DNA from: an uncultured Thermoprotei archaeon
Lineage (GTDB): Archaea > Thermoproteota > Thermoprotei > Thermofilales > B15-G2
NCBI GenBank assembly: GCA_965367815.1
Contig: CBDUKN010000001.1
Location: forward strand, 178,391 to 242,390
Direction: 5' to 3'
DNA: 64,000 nucleotides
The notes beneath the pieces were generated by a model. That model was not told where the DNA came from. It did no database searches and was given only the letters and a program-made list of their open reading frames with translations. The position numbers and the translations under genes were made by a program. This document shows, one piece after another, positions 19,409 to 28,892 of this stretch (positions are counted from its first letter, which is position 1; every line of letters starts with the position of its first letter).

Positions 19409-20802
19409 AAAAACACCTTGTCGGGATTCATTATGTTCTTCGGATCAAACACCTGCTTAATTTTCTTCATTAAGTCCAGTGCTCTAAGAGAGTTTCTTGC
19501 CTTAAGCTCCTCTACCAGTACTTCTTTCTTGACGAGACCTATGCCGTGTTCACCTGCTATAGCTCCTCCAAGCTCTATAGCCGCTAAACATATTTCCTTG
19601 AAGCATTTTTCAGCTTTCTCCCACAGTTCCCTGTCTTTAGGGTCAGTGTAAATAACTGGATGAAGATTACCATCACCTATGTGGCCGAAAACGACTACCG
19701 GAACACCGTGCTTCTCTGCAATCTGGTAAATCTTCTTCAGTATTACTGGAAGCTTTGAAGGAGGAACCGTTATATCTTCTATAAGAACAGCCGGCATAGG
19801 TCTCAGCTTAAGACTAGCAGGATAAGCAGACCTTCTAGCTAAGTAAAGTTTCTCCATTTCTTCAGGGTCATCAGAAGCCTTTACCTCGAAAGCGCCACAC
19901 TTCCTCATAATTTCTTCTAGTCTCTTAGCATACCTCCATACAGCTTCCAGAGGCCCATCTACATCAGCTATAATAGCTGCCTCTGCTTCAGGAAGATCTA
20001 AGCCAGTAGCCTCCTTAACAAACTTTAACACATTCTTGTCGAGAAACTCCATTATAAGAGGAACTATTCTATGTTTCTTGGCTTCAGCTACTACTCTGCC
20101 AGCGTCTTCGACGCTCTTGAATAAAGCCATAAGCCTAACTATTTTCTCCGGAAGCGGCCATATCTTCAAGTAAATCTTAGTTATCACACCCAGCGTGCCC
20201 TCTGAGCCTATAATCAAATGAAGGAGGCTGAGTCCTTGCCTACACTTTAAGACAGGTTCTCCGAGAAACACTACTTCGCCGTCGGGAAGCACTACTTCTA
20301 GTGCTAAAACCCAGTTCCTGAATGTGCCGTATTTTGCTCCTCTCATTCCTCCTGCATCTTCGGCAACACATCCTCCGACACTACATGTACTTGAGCTTGC
20401 GGGATCAGGTGGCACAAAATAGCCATACTTAGCTAGCTCGCTGTTGAGGTCGTCTAGTCTAACGCCGGGCTCTACTACGATGTATCCGTCTACAACATTT
20501 ACTTCAATTATTCTGTTCATGGGCGAGAGATCTAAAACAATAGAGTTTTCTGACGGTATGGAAGCACCTGTAAGGCTTGTTCCACTTCCTCTAACAGTAA
20601 CCGGAATACCGTACTTATACGTTATCTTAAGCGTATTTACTACGTCTTCTCTACTAAAAGCACGTACTACGCATAAAGGCTTGCCTGGAAAGAGGCCGGA
20701 GGCATCAAAAGAATAAGTGTAAAGGATTTTAGGGTCTTCAAAGACCTTATTCTCGCCTAGAGTTCCTTTAAGCTCGTTTAAGGCCTGTCGATAAGAGTCC
20801 AC
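19405..20802 (-). CDS. glcD: FAD-linked oxidase, GlcD/D-lactate dehydrogenase family
   Basis: RGSGTSLTG, PPDPASS, IGSEGTLG.IT, GHIGDGNLHP, GEHGIG, DPKNIMNP. Confidence 0.88.
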   Translation of the reverse strand: MDSYRQALNELKGTLGENKVFEDPKILYTYSFDASGLFPGKPLCVVRAFSREDVVNTLKITYKYGIPVTVRGSGTSLTGASIPSENSIVLDLSPMNRIIEVNVVDGYIVVEPGVRLDDLNSELAKYGYFVPPDPASSSTCSVGGCVAEDAGGMRGAKYGTFRNWVLALEVVLPDGEVVFLGEPVLKCRQGLSLLHLIIGSEGTLGVITKIYLKIWPLPEKIVRLMALFKSVEDAGRVVAEAKKHRIVPLIMEFLDKNVLKFVKEATGLDLPEAEAAIIADVDGPLEAVWRYAKRLEEIMRKCGAFEVKASDDPEEMEKLYLARRSAYPASLKLRPMPAVLIEDITVPPSKLPVILKKIYQIAEKHGVPVVVFGHIGDGNLHPVIYTDPKDRELWEKAEKCFKEICLAAIELGGAIAGEHGIGLVKKEVLVEELKARNSLRALDLMKKIKQVFDPKNIMNPDKVFL

Positions 20803-20833
20803 ATTAAGTCAGCTGTAGGCGAGGTATATAGCA

Positions 20834-22189
20834 TTATGCTGTTTGCAGCTTCTGGTACTCTAGAGGCTGAGGCATGTAGTATTTGTCTAGCTCCTCCATG
20901 GGGTCTTTTTCACCCGGCTTTAAGTGTGCTTTGATCCATTCATTGAGCTTATTTAGCAAGTTATCTAGTATTGTTTGCTCAGTATCTGCTAAGTTAATTA
21001 CTTCAGCGGGGTCTTTTCTAATGTTGTAGAGCTCGAATCCTAGTTCACCTTTCTTCTTAGCTAACTCTATAATGCTTTTGAGTTCAGGTCCGGGTCTTTC
21101 TAGTTCTTTAGGGTAGTGTACAATAAGTTTCCAGTCGCAGTCGATTATTGCTCTTTCGCCCCATGTCTCTGAGACAGCGTATTCTCTTATTTTGCCGCCG
21201 TTAATTAGCTTCATTAAACTTTCTCCATTGAACTGGTAGTCTACTTTTATTCCAGCTAAATCGAGTATTGTTGGAACAATGTCTACTTGCTGAGCGTACT
21301 CTTTTACTCTAACACCTTTAGGTACTTTAGGAGGATACCTTATTATGAGCGGGATTTTTATAACTGCTTCGTGTAGGCCCGCATGGCCGTAGAGTCCGTG
21401 CTGACCTAGTTGTTCGCCGTGGTCAGACGTTATTATTATGAGAGTGTCGTCTAATATTCTGAGGTCCTCAAGTGTATTGATTACTTGCGCTAAGCAGTGG
21501 TCTACATAGAAGATTTCGCAGTCATATAGGTCTATCGACTTTTCTTCATCTCCTTCAAATATTTCGTCGGCTTTACCCCATCCCGGGACGTAGTCGTAGC
21601 CAGCTTCCGTTTTAACTACTTTGAGGTCCGATAAATCGCCTTTCTTATGTCTAAATACTCTGTCGAAGCCTACGGGCATATTGTAGGGCATGTGGGGATC
21701 CCAGTAGTGTATGAAAAGGAAGAATTTCTCGTAGGCATGTTGCTTTATCCAAGGTATTAGTCTAGCGTTTAGCTCTCTTCCTATAATGTGGTGGTGAAGC
21801 CACTTAGATGTCCTAGTTACGTTAACGTAGTACTCGTATCCTCTAACGAAGTGCTTGGGATGGGACCTGAAGTTAATAAGGTTGTCGAAAGCAGCTGTAG
21901 TGTACCTGTGGTCCCAAAGTATTTCGGCTAAAACGGGGATATTGTCGTCTAGCTGGTAAGTATTAGGTACGTTCCATGGAGTAATGTAGTACTTTGACCT
22001 AATAGGGTAGAGCCCGGTAATAATTGACGTGAAGCCTGGCCCTGTAGCTATGCCTGCGGCATACGAGTTTTCGAAAAGTACTCCTTCTTTAGCTAATCTA
22101 TCGATAGTTGGACTAGTTTCTCTAAAGTAACCATAGCAGCTGAGGTGGTCTGCTCTTAAAGTATCAATAACTACTAAGACTATATTCAC
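20834..22189 (-). CDS. Sulfatase-like / alkaline-phosphatase-superfamily hydrolase
   Basis: IDTLRADHLSCYGY, HYWDPH.PY, TSDHGE..G.HG..GH, DP.E..NLA; lacks CxPxR (has TGPGF). Confidence 0.85.
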   Translation of the reverse strand: MNIVLVVIDTLRADHLSCYGYFRETSPTIDRLAKEGVLFENSYAAGIATGPGFTSIITGLYPIRSKYYITPWNVPNTYQLDDNIPVLAEILWDHRYTTAAFDNLINFRSHPKHFVRGYEYYVNVTRTSKWLHHHIIGRELNARLIPWIKQHAYEKFFLFIHYWDPHMPYNMPVGFDRVFRHKKGDLSDLKVVKTEAGYDYVPGWGKADEIFEGDEEKSIDLYDCEIFYVDHCLAQVINTLEDLRILDDTLIIITSDHGEQLGQHGLYGHAGLHEAVIKIPLIIRYPPKVPKGVRVKEYAQQVDIVPTILDLAGIKVDYQFNGESLMKLINGGKIREYAVSETWGERAIIDCDWKLIVHYPKELERPGPELKSIIELAKKKGELGFELYNIRKDPAEVINLADTEQTILDNLLNKLNEWIKAHLKPGEKDPMEELDKYYMPQPLEYQKLQTA

Positions 22190-22270
22190 ATTAAAATAAT
22201 CTAATCAGCATATATAATAGTAATGAAAAGCTTCGCTAACCCTTATAAGTTTTTGTTGAGAAAATAGTGT

Positions 22271-22477
22271 ATGGAGGTATACAAGTACATAGAATTAGTC
22301 GGAGTTTCTGAGAAAAGCTGGGAAGACGCTATTAAAACGGCTTTAAATGAAGCAGCTAAAACAGTCCGGAATATAGTTGAAATAGAAGTAGTTAAGCTCA
22401 CAGCTGAGGTAGAGAAAGGCGAAATTAAGAAGTATAAAGCTGTAATGAAAGTGTTATTTGGAGTCGAGAGACCTTAA
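22271..22477 (+). CDS. Dodecin family protein
   Basis: VYKYIELVGVSEKSWEDAI..AL.EAAKTVRNI; 68 aa; TATA-like TTATAA near 22243. Confidence 0.85.
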   Translation: MEVYKYIELVGVSEKSWEDAIKTALNEAAKTVRNIVEIEVVKLTAEVEKGEIKKYKAVMKVLFGVERP

Positions 22478-23905
22478 TTTCTTTCTCACAGTAACATCGC
22501 TTGGATCAATACTGCTCCATATAATTTCGAAGCCTTTTTCTTCGAGAATTCTTACTACTTCTTCGCTACTTAAATTATATTTCTTTAGCTCATTTAAAAT
22601 TGTTGACAGCTTAGCTACCTGAACTTTCTTTAAGAATTCTTCAGCTTCCTCAGGTAAAATAATTTTATTTGATGGTTTTACTACAGCTTTTTTCTTAGTA
22701 GGAGTTCGGGGCTCGTATTTCTTTAAAATAAGATAAACTTCGGGTGCAGGAAGTTTTCTCTTGTAGAAGATAACATTTTCGAATTCTTTTGCGAAAACTT
22801 TAGAACATGAAAGTTCTTCATTTACAGCTAAAATAATGTTCTTTTCTTTAAGTTTTCTTAACTTATTTATTTTTCTTTCTAAATAGTCTTTTGTCCAAAA
22901 GCCTACAATCTCTAAATATACCTTAACTCCGTTTTTAACGAAGGCGAAATCCGGTATGAAAATACTTGTGCCTGCGACAAGTGGTTCTGGTTCGCGTATT
23001 ATTTTCCATCCACTTCCTAAGGTCTGAAAGCGTTTGTAAAATGTTTCTTCTACATCGCTATCATATTCTATTAACTTTAATTCTATTTTTGGAAATAAAC
23101 TAGAATATTTATCTGTTAAATAAAAATTATACACTCTATTCTGTTTTTTGATTTTAGCGTAGATTCTCCATCTAGGAAGAGAAATAATGTAAGGTAAGAG
23201 TTTTGCTAATCGAGTGCCATAGCGTTCTGTTTGCTTAACTGCTGAAGCAGGCCCGTCTATTGTAAGTTTGATTCCTTGAGGAACCTGTTCTGCAGTATAC
23301 ATTAGGCCTAGGCGCTTGACATTAAACAATATGATTTTGGCTTGTGTACCAGTTGCCTGTATCTCGGCGTCTATATTTAGGGCTTTGAAGAGGAGTGTTT
23401 GTGCTAGTGAAAGATTGTAGTATTTGAGGAGGTCTTCGGGGCTTATTTCTTCAAAAAATTCTACTACTTGCTCTTCTTCATGTACAGCTTTAAATGCCTT
23501 AATGAGCTCTTCTACAGGTATTTTGAGTCTTTCTGAAACTTTTTTAAAGACAATCGCTCTTTCTCCCTCATTTAAAGTAAAGCCGTATAGTTTCGATGCT
23601 TCTGTAAAAATTTCTAATCTGGCTTTAATAGGGTCTATTTTTGTAGCTGGTTTAGCGAAACTAGTTCTTTTTAAAAGTAAGTGAATTAAGCCTCTAGCAA
23701 ATCGATAATCTAAGCCTAGCTTAAAAGCCTCGTTTTCGATTTCTTTAGCTTTTTCTTCTAGTTGTTTCTTCTTTAACCCAATTGATTCTTTAAATACTTG
23801 AATGAGCTTGCGTGCAACATATAGTTCTGTGTCTGTTAAATGAGAATACTTCGGGTAAATAAAATATCCTCTGGTTCTGGCTACGAGTAAATTTGATGGA
23901 AGCAT
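22454..23905 (-). CDS. bax1: Bax1 endonuclease (DUF790)
   Basis: MLPSNLL start, YNLSLAQTLLF, RLGLMY, DGP.S..KQT..YG.RLA, DS.VE, REPEPL, IPDF, EIVGFWT..YL.+K. Confidence 0.9.
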   Translation of the reverse strand: MLPSNLLVARTRGYFIYPKYSHLTDTELYVARKLIQVFKESIGLKKKQLEEKAKEIENEAFKLGLDYRFARGLIHLLLKRTSFAKPATKIDPIKARLEIFTEASKLYGFTLNEGERAIVFKKVSERLKIPVEELIKAFKAVHEEEQVVEFFEEISPEDLLKYYNLSLAQTLLFKALNIDAEIQATGTQAKIILFNVKRLGLMYTAEQVPQGIKLTIDGPASAVKQTERYGTRLAKLLPYIISLPRWRIYAKIKKQNRVYNFYLTDKYSSLFPKIELKLIEYDSDVEETFYKRFQTLGSGWKIIREPEPLVAGTSIFIPDFAFVKNGVKVYLEIVGFWTKDYLERKINKLRKLKEKNIILAVNEELSCSKVFAKEFENVIFYKRKLPAPEVYLILKKYEPRTPTKKKAVVKPSNKIILPEEAEEFLKKVQVAKLSTILNELKKYNLSSEEVVRILEEKGFEIIWSSIDPSDVTVRKKLRSLDSK

Positions 23906-24002
23906 TCCGCTTTAAATACTTGTACTTACACATAAAGAGTTCTTTTACGCACCGAAAGTAATAGTTCCGTTAATCTTTTAACGCTAGGGGTTTAAGCAAG
24001 TT

Positions 24003-25031
24003 GTGGTAAAAGAAGAGCTACTAGCATTCGGCGCTCTTTTACTGATGTATATTTGCTCTTTTGCCGTAGGTAAAGAGGCGTCTATTATAGCTGGCTTTGT
24101 TCTAGGAGTATATCTAGTTTTTAGGGCAAGCGAGCTAGCTGTAGAAGGTTTAGACAAGCTAGCCCTTAAAATAGGTATTTCCAAGCATTTAGCTGGAGTA
24201 ATATCGAGTATAGCGTCGATTCTCCCTGAAACTCTTATAGCTTTATTTTTAATCATGAAGGCTTCTGCAGAGACTATAGAGACGGCTGTTTTGTCTACTA
24301 TAATCGCAGCTGGGCTCAATGTATTTTTACTAGGAGTATTTATACTGATACTAGGTAGCAAGAAAGGAGCCATAAAAGTGAGCTATACTGCGATCGAGCA
24401 TGAAAGTGAGTTAATCAGATCGACTATAGTCGTATGCTTTCTAATAACATTAATGGGGCTTGTAGAGGACTGCGAAGGCTACTTACCTCAAGGAATAGGA
24501 ATCTTCTTGTTGCTTGTTTATGCAGCGTACATAATAAACATGGTGAGTAAAACTCCTCTAAAGAAGTCTCTTGAAAAAGAAGTATCTTCGCGTAAAATAG
24601 CTTTACTTATTGCCTTAGGCTTCGGGGGAGTAATTGTGGGAAGTAAACTAGTATCGGATCTCGGAGAATATGCTGTACACACATTAAATCTCTCTCCAGC
24701 ACTAGCAGCCTTAATCTTAGCGATCTTTGGAACAATACCAGAAAACGGCATAGCTATAATTGGAGCACTAAAAGGGCATCTCGAGTTAGGCTTAGCTAAT
24801 CTTCTAGCGGGAATAACTCAATGTATCTTAATAGTCCTAGGCATAGTAGCTTTATTTACGCCAATTCCTCTCGACGGCTATATAGTCTTCCAGTTAGCCT
24901 CAGTAGCAGGCGTACTATGGTTAGTCAACAAAGCAATACTAGACGACAACCAGCTGACACTAGAAGAAGGAGTATTCATTGTGCTTCTACAAACACTGGT
25001 GCTAGTTCTCTTCGAAGAACTGAGAATTTAG
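24003..25031 (+). CDS. Na+/Ca2+ (CaCA) cation exchanger family protein
   Basis: Two alpha repeats (ASILPE and GTIPEN), about 10 TM helices. Confidence 0.8.
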   Translation: MVKEELLAFGALLLMYICSFAVGKEASIIAGFVLGVYLVFRASELAVEGLDKLALKIGISKHLAGVISSIASILPETLIALFLIMKASAETIETAVLSTIIAAGLNVFLLGVFILILGSKKGAIKVSYTAIEHESELIRSTIVVCFLITLMGLVEDCEGYLPQGIGIFLLLVYAAYIINMVSKTPLKKSLEKEVSSRKIALLIALGFGGVIVGSKLVSDLGEYAVHTLNLSPALAALILAIFGTIPENGIAIIGALKGHLELGLANLLAGITQCILIVLGIVALFTPIPLDGYIVFQLASVAGVLWLVNKAILDDNQLTLEEGVFIVLLQTLVLVLFEELRI

Positions 25032-26386
25032 TCAGACTTAAGAACACGGCGCCTTTTACTAGAGACTCTGGTTTCAGAGGTTCCTGATGTAACTATCTCA
25101 TATAGAACAGCTTTTCCCTCCTTAGGTCTCAGTATTCTGCCAAGCCTTTGAATAAACTCTCTCCTACTTGCCGTGCCGCTTAAAACTATTGCTACGTTTG
25201 CGTCTGGGACATCTACTCCTTCTTCGAGAACTCTGCTTGTCACTATTGCCTTGAACTTGCCTAGACGGAAGCCTTCGAGAATAGCTCGGCGCTCGACAGG
25301 TTTAGTCTTATATGTTATTTCAGGTATAAGTAGTTCCTCGGAAATTCTCCTAACCATTTCGTTGTTCTCGGTAAAGATAAGTATTTTATCGCCCCTGTGT
25401 TTAGCTAGAATTTCTTTAAGTACTTTCATTTTTTCAGAAGCATTGAAAGCTATTTTTCGTGCTTCACGCCAGGCGAGAAGAGCTTCTCTAGCCTCTCTAT
25501 CAAGTCCACTTCTCATTATAATTTTTTCAAAATCACTAATAGATTTTATCTTAATATTATGTTTTCTAAGATATTCTTTGTATTTCTTTACAAGCTCTTT
25601 ATATATTTTTCTTTCTTTTTCAGATAATTTAACTCTTATTGTCCTTACTTCAAAGTCTGCTAGGAAACGTCCTTTAAATTCTTTAACTACTTTACGGTAG
25701 ACAATTCTTCCTACAAGGTAATCTAAGTCTAAGTGTAGGTTATCTTCTCTCTCGGGTGTCGCTGTAAGACCTAGTCTGTAGGGAGCGGCATTCAGTTCTG
25801 CTATTTGCCTATAGCCGGGGCTCGGCAAATGGTGAACTTCATCGAAGATGATTAACTCGAATTTATTGCCTAGTATTTCTGCATTAATGTACGCTGAATC
25901 GTATGTAGATATCGTTATAAAGCCTATGTACTTGCTTCCTCCCCAAAATCTGCCTATCTTTACCTTGAAGAACTTTTTCAGCCGTTTTTCCCACTGCTCC
26001 ATTAGCTCTATTGTCGGAACTACTATCAGCGTGGGCTTCTTTAAGTAGTTTAAGGCGGCTAGTGCAACTCTAGTTTTACCGGCTCCTGTAGGAAGTACGA
26101 TTACTCCTCTGCACCTGGCTTTAATCCAGCACTCAAGCGCTTCTTTCTGGTAGTCTCGAAGCCTAAGGTTCTCAGCTAACGTTATTTTTCCTTCAATAGG
26201 CTTTAGAACACTATCCTGTACTTCAACTCCCTTCTTTTCAAAGTATTCAAGAGCTTGCCTGTAGTGTATAGCTAGTGCTCTGTAAGCATTTATTCTTTTG
26301 TCATATTTGAAGAAAGAAGGTAAACTTAATGGCTCTAGTAGCTCAGCTACTATTGTTCCCCTGTCATAGTATAGCTTAACGACCAC
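25028..26386 (-). CDS. xpb: XPB/Rad25 SF2 DNA helicase
   Basis: LRDYQ, LPTGAGKT, DEVHH, LGLTATPERED (RED motif), EGVDVPDA, QRLGRILR. Confidence 0.92.
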   Translation of the reverse strand: MVVKLYYDRGTIVAELLEPLSLPSFFKYDKRINAYRALAIHYRQALEYFEKKGVEVQDSVLKPIEGKITLAENLRLRDYQKEALECWIKARCRGVIVLPTGAGKTRVALAALNYLKKPTLIVVPTIELMEQWEKRLKKFFKVKIGRFWGGSKYIGFITISTYDSAYINAEILGNKFELIIFDEVHHLPSPGYRQIAELNAAPYRLGLTATPEREDNLHLDLDYLVGRIVYRKVVKEFKGRFLADFEVRTIRVKLSEKERKIYKELVKKYKEYLRKHNIKIKSISDFEKIIMRSGLDREAREALLAWREARKIAFNASEKMKVLKEILAKHRGDKILIFTENNEMVRRISEELLIPEITYKTKPVERRAILEGFRLGKFKAIVTSRVLEEGVDVPDANVAIVLSGTASRREFIQRLGRILRPKEGKAVLYEIVTSGTSETRVSSKRRRVLKSD

Positions 26387-26440
26387 TGTCTATAGTGATG
26401 TTCACCGAATTAATTAAGTTTAAGAAATATATTGAAACTA

Positions 26441-27448
26441 TTAGCGTTTAAGCACTTGCGTATTTTCTCCACTTAAGTTCGCGCCGCAGTAGGGGCAGAA
26501 GCGCGCGTCTACTGGTACTTGTCTTCCACACTTGGGGCATACTTTAGTTCCTCCTAGTGGAGAACCGCAGTACATACAGAATTTTGCTCCCGGAGGATTT
26601 TCTCTACCGCAAGAGGGGCACTTTACTCCTGTAGCTATGGGAGGAGCTGACGGCGGCTGCTGAGGAGGCTGGGCTGGCTGCTGCATGAGCTGTGGCAGTA
26701 AGACCAGACCTGTTCCGACAGCAGCTCCACTACTTTTGCCCAGCTCTTTTGCTACTTCACGTAAAGTCTGCATTTGTAAAACATAAGTCGCCTGTCCTGT
26801 TTGTCTCAGCCAGAAGATTTTTTCTCTCCATTCATCAGTAGTGTTTATTCCCTCAAATTTCAGGTCTATTAGCTCTAAGCCTATTCTCCTGAAGTCTGCG
26901 AGGAGCTTGACTTTAACTTCCATAGATACTCGATCTAAGCTCTGGTAAACATCAAATATACTGTATGTACTTAAGTATTTCATGAGGTTTTCATTAAAGT
27001 ATCCTCGGAGGAACTTAGAGAGGTCGCTTGACTCGTAAATGCTTCTGCCTCCGACGACTTCCATTATGAAGAGGCGGGGATCAGATACTTTAAACCAGAA
27101 CGTTCCGTGAAACATTAGTGGAGCAAGTTCTATTGTCTGCGTTCTCCCTCCAAATTTTCCTTGAAACTGTTTAGTTGAGACAAATATTACGGTGGCTCTA
27201 AAAGGTATTTTATCGAAGCCGGCGATAGCTGAAAGAGCTCTCGTAAGTAACGGTAAAGTGAGCGTTGTTAAGGTATGTCTTCCGGGACCTAGGACATCGT
27301 ATACTTTTCCGTCTCTGAAGAATACTGCTACTTCGTACTCCTTCACTATAAGCTGGCTGCCCCACTCAATAACTTCTTCAGGGTACTTCCATATTATCTC
27401 GTCTTCTCTAGGATTAACCCACTCAATTACCTTAGGCATTAACAGCAC
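26441..27448 (-). CDS. SPFH/band-7 domain protein (YdjI-like) with C-terminal double zinc ribbon
   Basis: GSQLIV+E.E.AVFFRDG+..D..GPGRHTL.T..LP; Q/P-rich linker; CPSCG..N...AKFC..CG and CPKCG....ARFCPYCG. Confidence 0.88.
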   Translation of the reverse strand: MLLMPKVIEWVNPREDEIIWKYPEEVIEWGSQLIVKEYEVAVFFRDGKVYDVLGPGRHTLTTLTLPLLTRALSAIAGFDKIPFRATVIFVSTKQFQGKFGGRTQTIELAPLMFHGTFWFKVSDPRLFIMEVVGGRSIYESSDLSKFLRGYFNENLMKYLSTYSIFDVYQSLDRVSMEVKVKLLADFRRIGLELIDLKFEGINTTDEWREKIFWLRQTGQATYVLQMQTLREVAKELGKSSGAAVGTGLVLLPQLMQQPAQPPQQPPSAPPIATGVKCPSCGRENPPGAKFCMYCGSPLGGTKVCPKCGRQVPVDARFCPYCGANLSGENTQVLKR

Positions 27449-27935
27449 CTCCTACTGCAACTTCACTTCTCTTACTAACTACTAAATCGAGCTCCAGTAC
27501 TTTAGACTTTACTTCAGCTATCCCCGCTACAAGCCTGCTTTTCTCGCTTAGAAGTGAAGCAAGATTCTTTACAGATTTATTTATCTCTTCAGCTAAAGTG
27601 ACCAACTTGTAGTCGTAATCGAGAAGTTTCCTTAGCTCTTCTTCTCTAATCTTCACTCTATCAAATAGTCCTCTATACCCTAGTGAAGCATGACGTATCT
27701 TCTGAGCCAAAGCCTCTAGGTCTTTTCTTAAAGAATCCATTTTTTCTAATACCTCATAGTCTCCACTATAAGAAGGCATTACTTCCTCTAAAAGCCTCTT
27801 AGCTTCATCTATTTTTAAAGCAGCTTTTTCTCTCACAAGTCTATCGTCTTCTCTTATTAGTTCCTTCTGCTTATATCCTCGGTAGCCAGGAATAAGCATC
27901 GAGAGGCGCTCAATTAAATCCAGTTTTTTCCCCAC
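27432..27935 (-). CDS. Conserved helical/coiled-coil protein
   Basis: IPGYRGY..KE..RE.D+LVRE and GY.GLFD..KI.E.EL..L..YD motifs; overlaps the SPFH gene. Confidence 0.7.
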   Translation of the reverse strand: MGKKLDLIERLSMLIPGYRGYKQKELIREDDRLVREKAALKIDEAKRLLEEVMPSYSGDYEVLEKMDSLRKDLEALAQKIRHASLGYRGLFDRVKIREEELRKLLDYDYKLVTLAEEINKSVKNLASLLSEKSRLVAGIAEVKSKVLELDLVVSKRSEVAVGGAVNA

Positions 27936-27965
27936 AGCCTAATTCTGCTAAACTTACTTATAGTT

Positions 27966-28892
27966 TTATGCTTTATGTTCTCTGATTTCAGATGCTTTCA
28001 CTTTAAGCTGAACGCTTCTAGTGAGAAGTGGGACTGCTCCGGCTATACCTGAAGCTACTGCGAACAGCGCTGCGAGCAGCGCGTCTCCGCTTGCCTTAAG
28101 TGCGGTTATAATGACTGCTGCTAAGCCAAAGCCTGTGGTCAAAAATACTCCGCCTAGCGTCAGCTGAAGAGCTCTACTCTTAGCAGCCAAGGGATGCTCA
28201 GCTAAAATAACTGTACCTGTTACGCCGTCGACGTATGCTCTATAGTTTTCTTCTCGATAAGTATACTCGATTTCCCATACTGGATAGTGGACAAGGCCCT
28301 TGAATTCTACTTTAAATACTTTGTAGTCTGCTGAAAGAATGTCTTCAGCCGTATTTTCTATTTCGTAACTTAGCTTTTCATTAAGCTTTCCTTCAGCTAG
28401 GCTTTGAGCGTACTCTAAGCTAAGAGCGGGCTTATAGAATATTTCGCTTTTCATCGTCTTTTCGTCTAAAAACTTCTTGCCTCTTAGTGGGAAAGGATAG
28501 TCTTCGAGCAAGAAAGCTACTTCGTTATCTACTGCAGGAATGCCTATTTCTCTAACTTCTTCTACTGTAGTTGTGAAAAATCCATATTTTCTTGAACGAG
28601 CTTTTACTTCTACAACACCGTGCACGTGGAAGAAATATACTGGAATCATGTGCAGTACTCTTTTCTTGTAGCTAGAGTTCTCTCTAATGTCTTTTGGGAC
28701 GCCGTACTGGCGCTCAATAAATCGCATTAAGTAGTCATAGGGATTAGCTACAGTAGGAGGGAAGTAGAAGTGTTCGGTGCTTTTAGAGCCTGTTTCTGTA
28801 TTGAAGACTGTTCCACAATAAGGGCACTCGACTCTTTTAACTGTTTCTGGAACCTCTAATTCAGCTCCACAGACAGGACATCTAGCTTTCAT
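27966..28892 (-). CDS. Zinc-ribbon membrane protein (YdjG-like)
   Basis: CPVCGA...CPYCG, P.YFF and YPVW..Y.Y....Y...VDG.TG motifs, two C-terminal TM helices. Confidence 0.72.
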   Translation of the reverse strand: MKARCPVCGAELEVPETVKRVECPYCGTVFNTETGSKSTEHFYFPPTVANPYDYLMRFIERQYGVPKDIRENSSYKKRVLHMIPVYFFHVHGVVEVKARSRKYGFFTTTVEEVREIGIPAVDNEVAFLLEDYPFPLRGKKFLDEKTMKSEIFYKPALSLEYAQSLAEGKLNEKLSYEIENTAEDILSADYKVFKVEFKGLVHYPVWEIEYTYREENYRAYVDGVTGTVILAEHPLAAKSRALQLTLGGVFLTTGFGLAAVIITALKASGDALLAALFAVASGIAGAVPLLTRSVQLKVKASEIREHKA

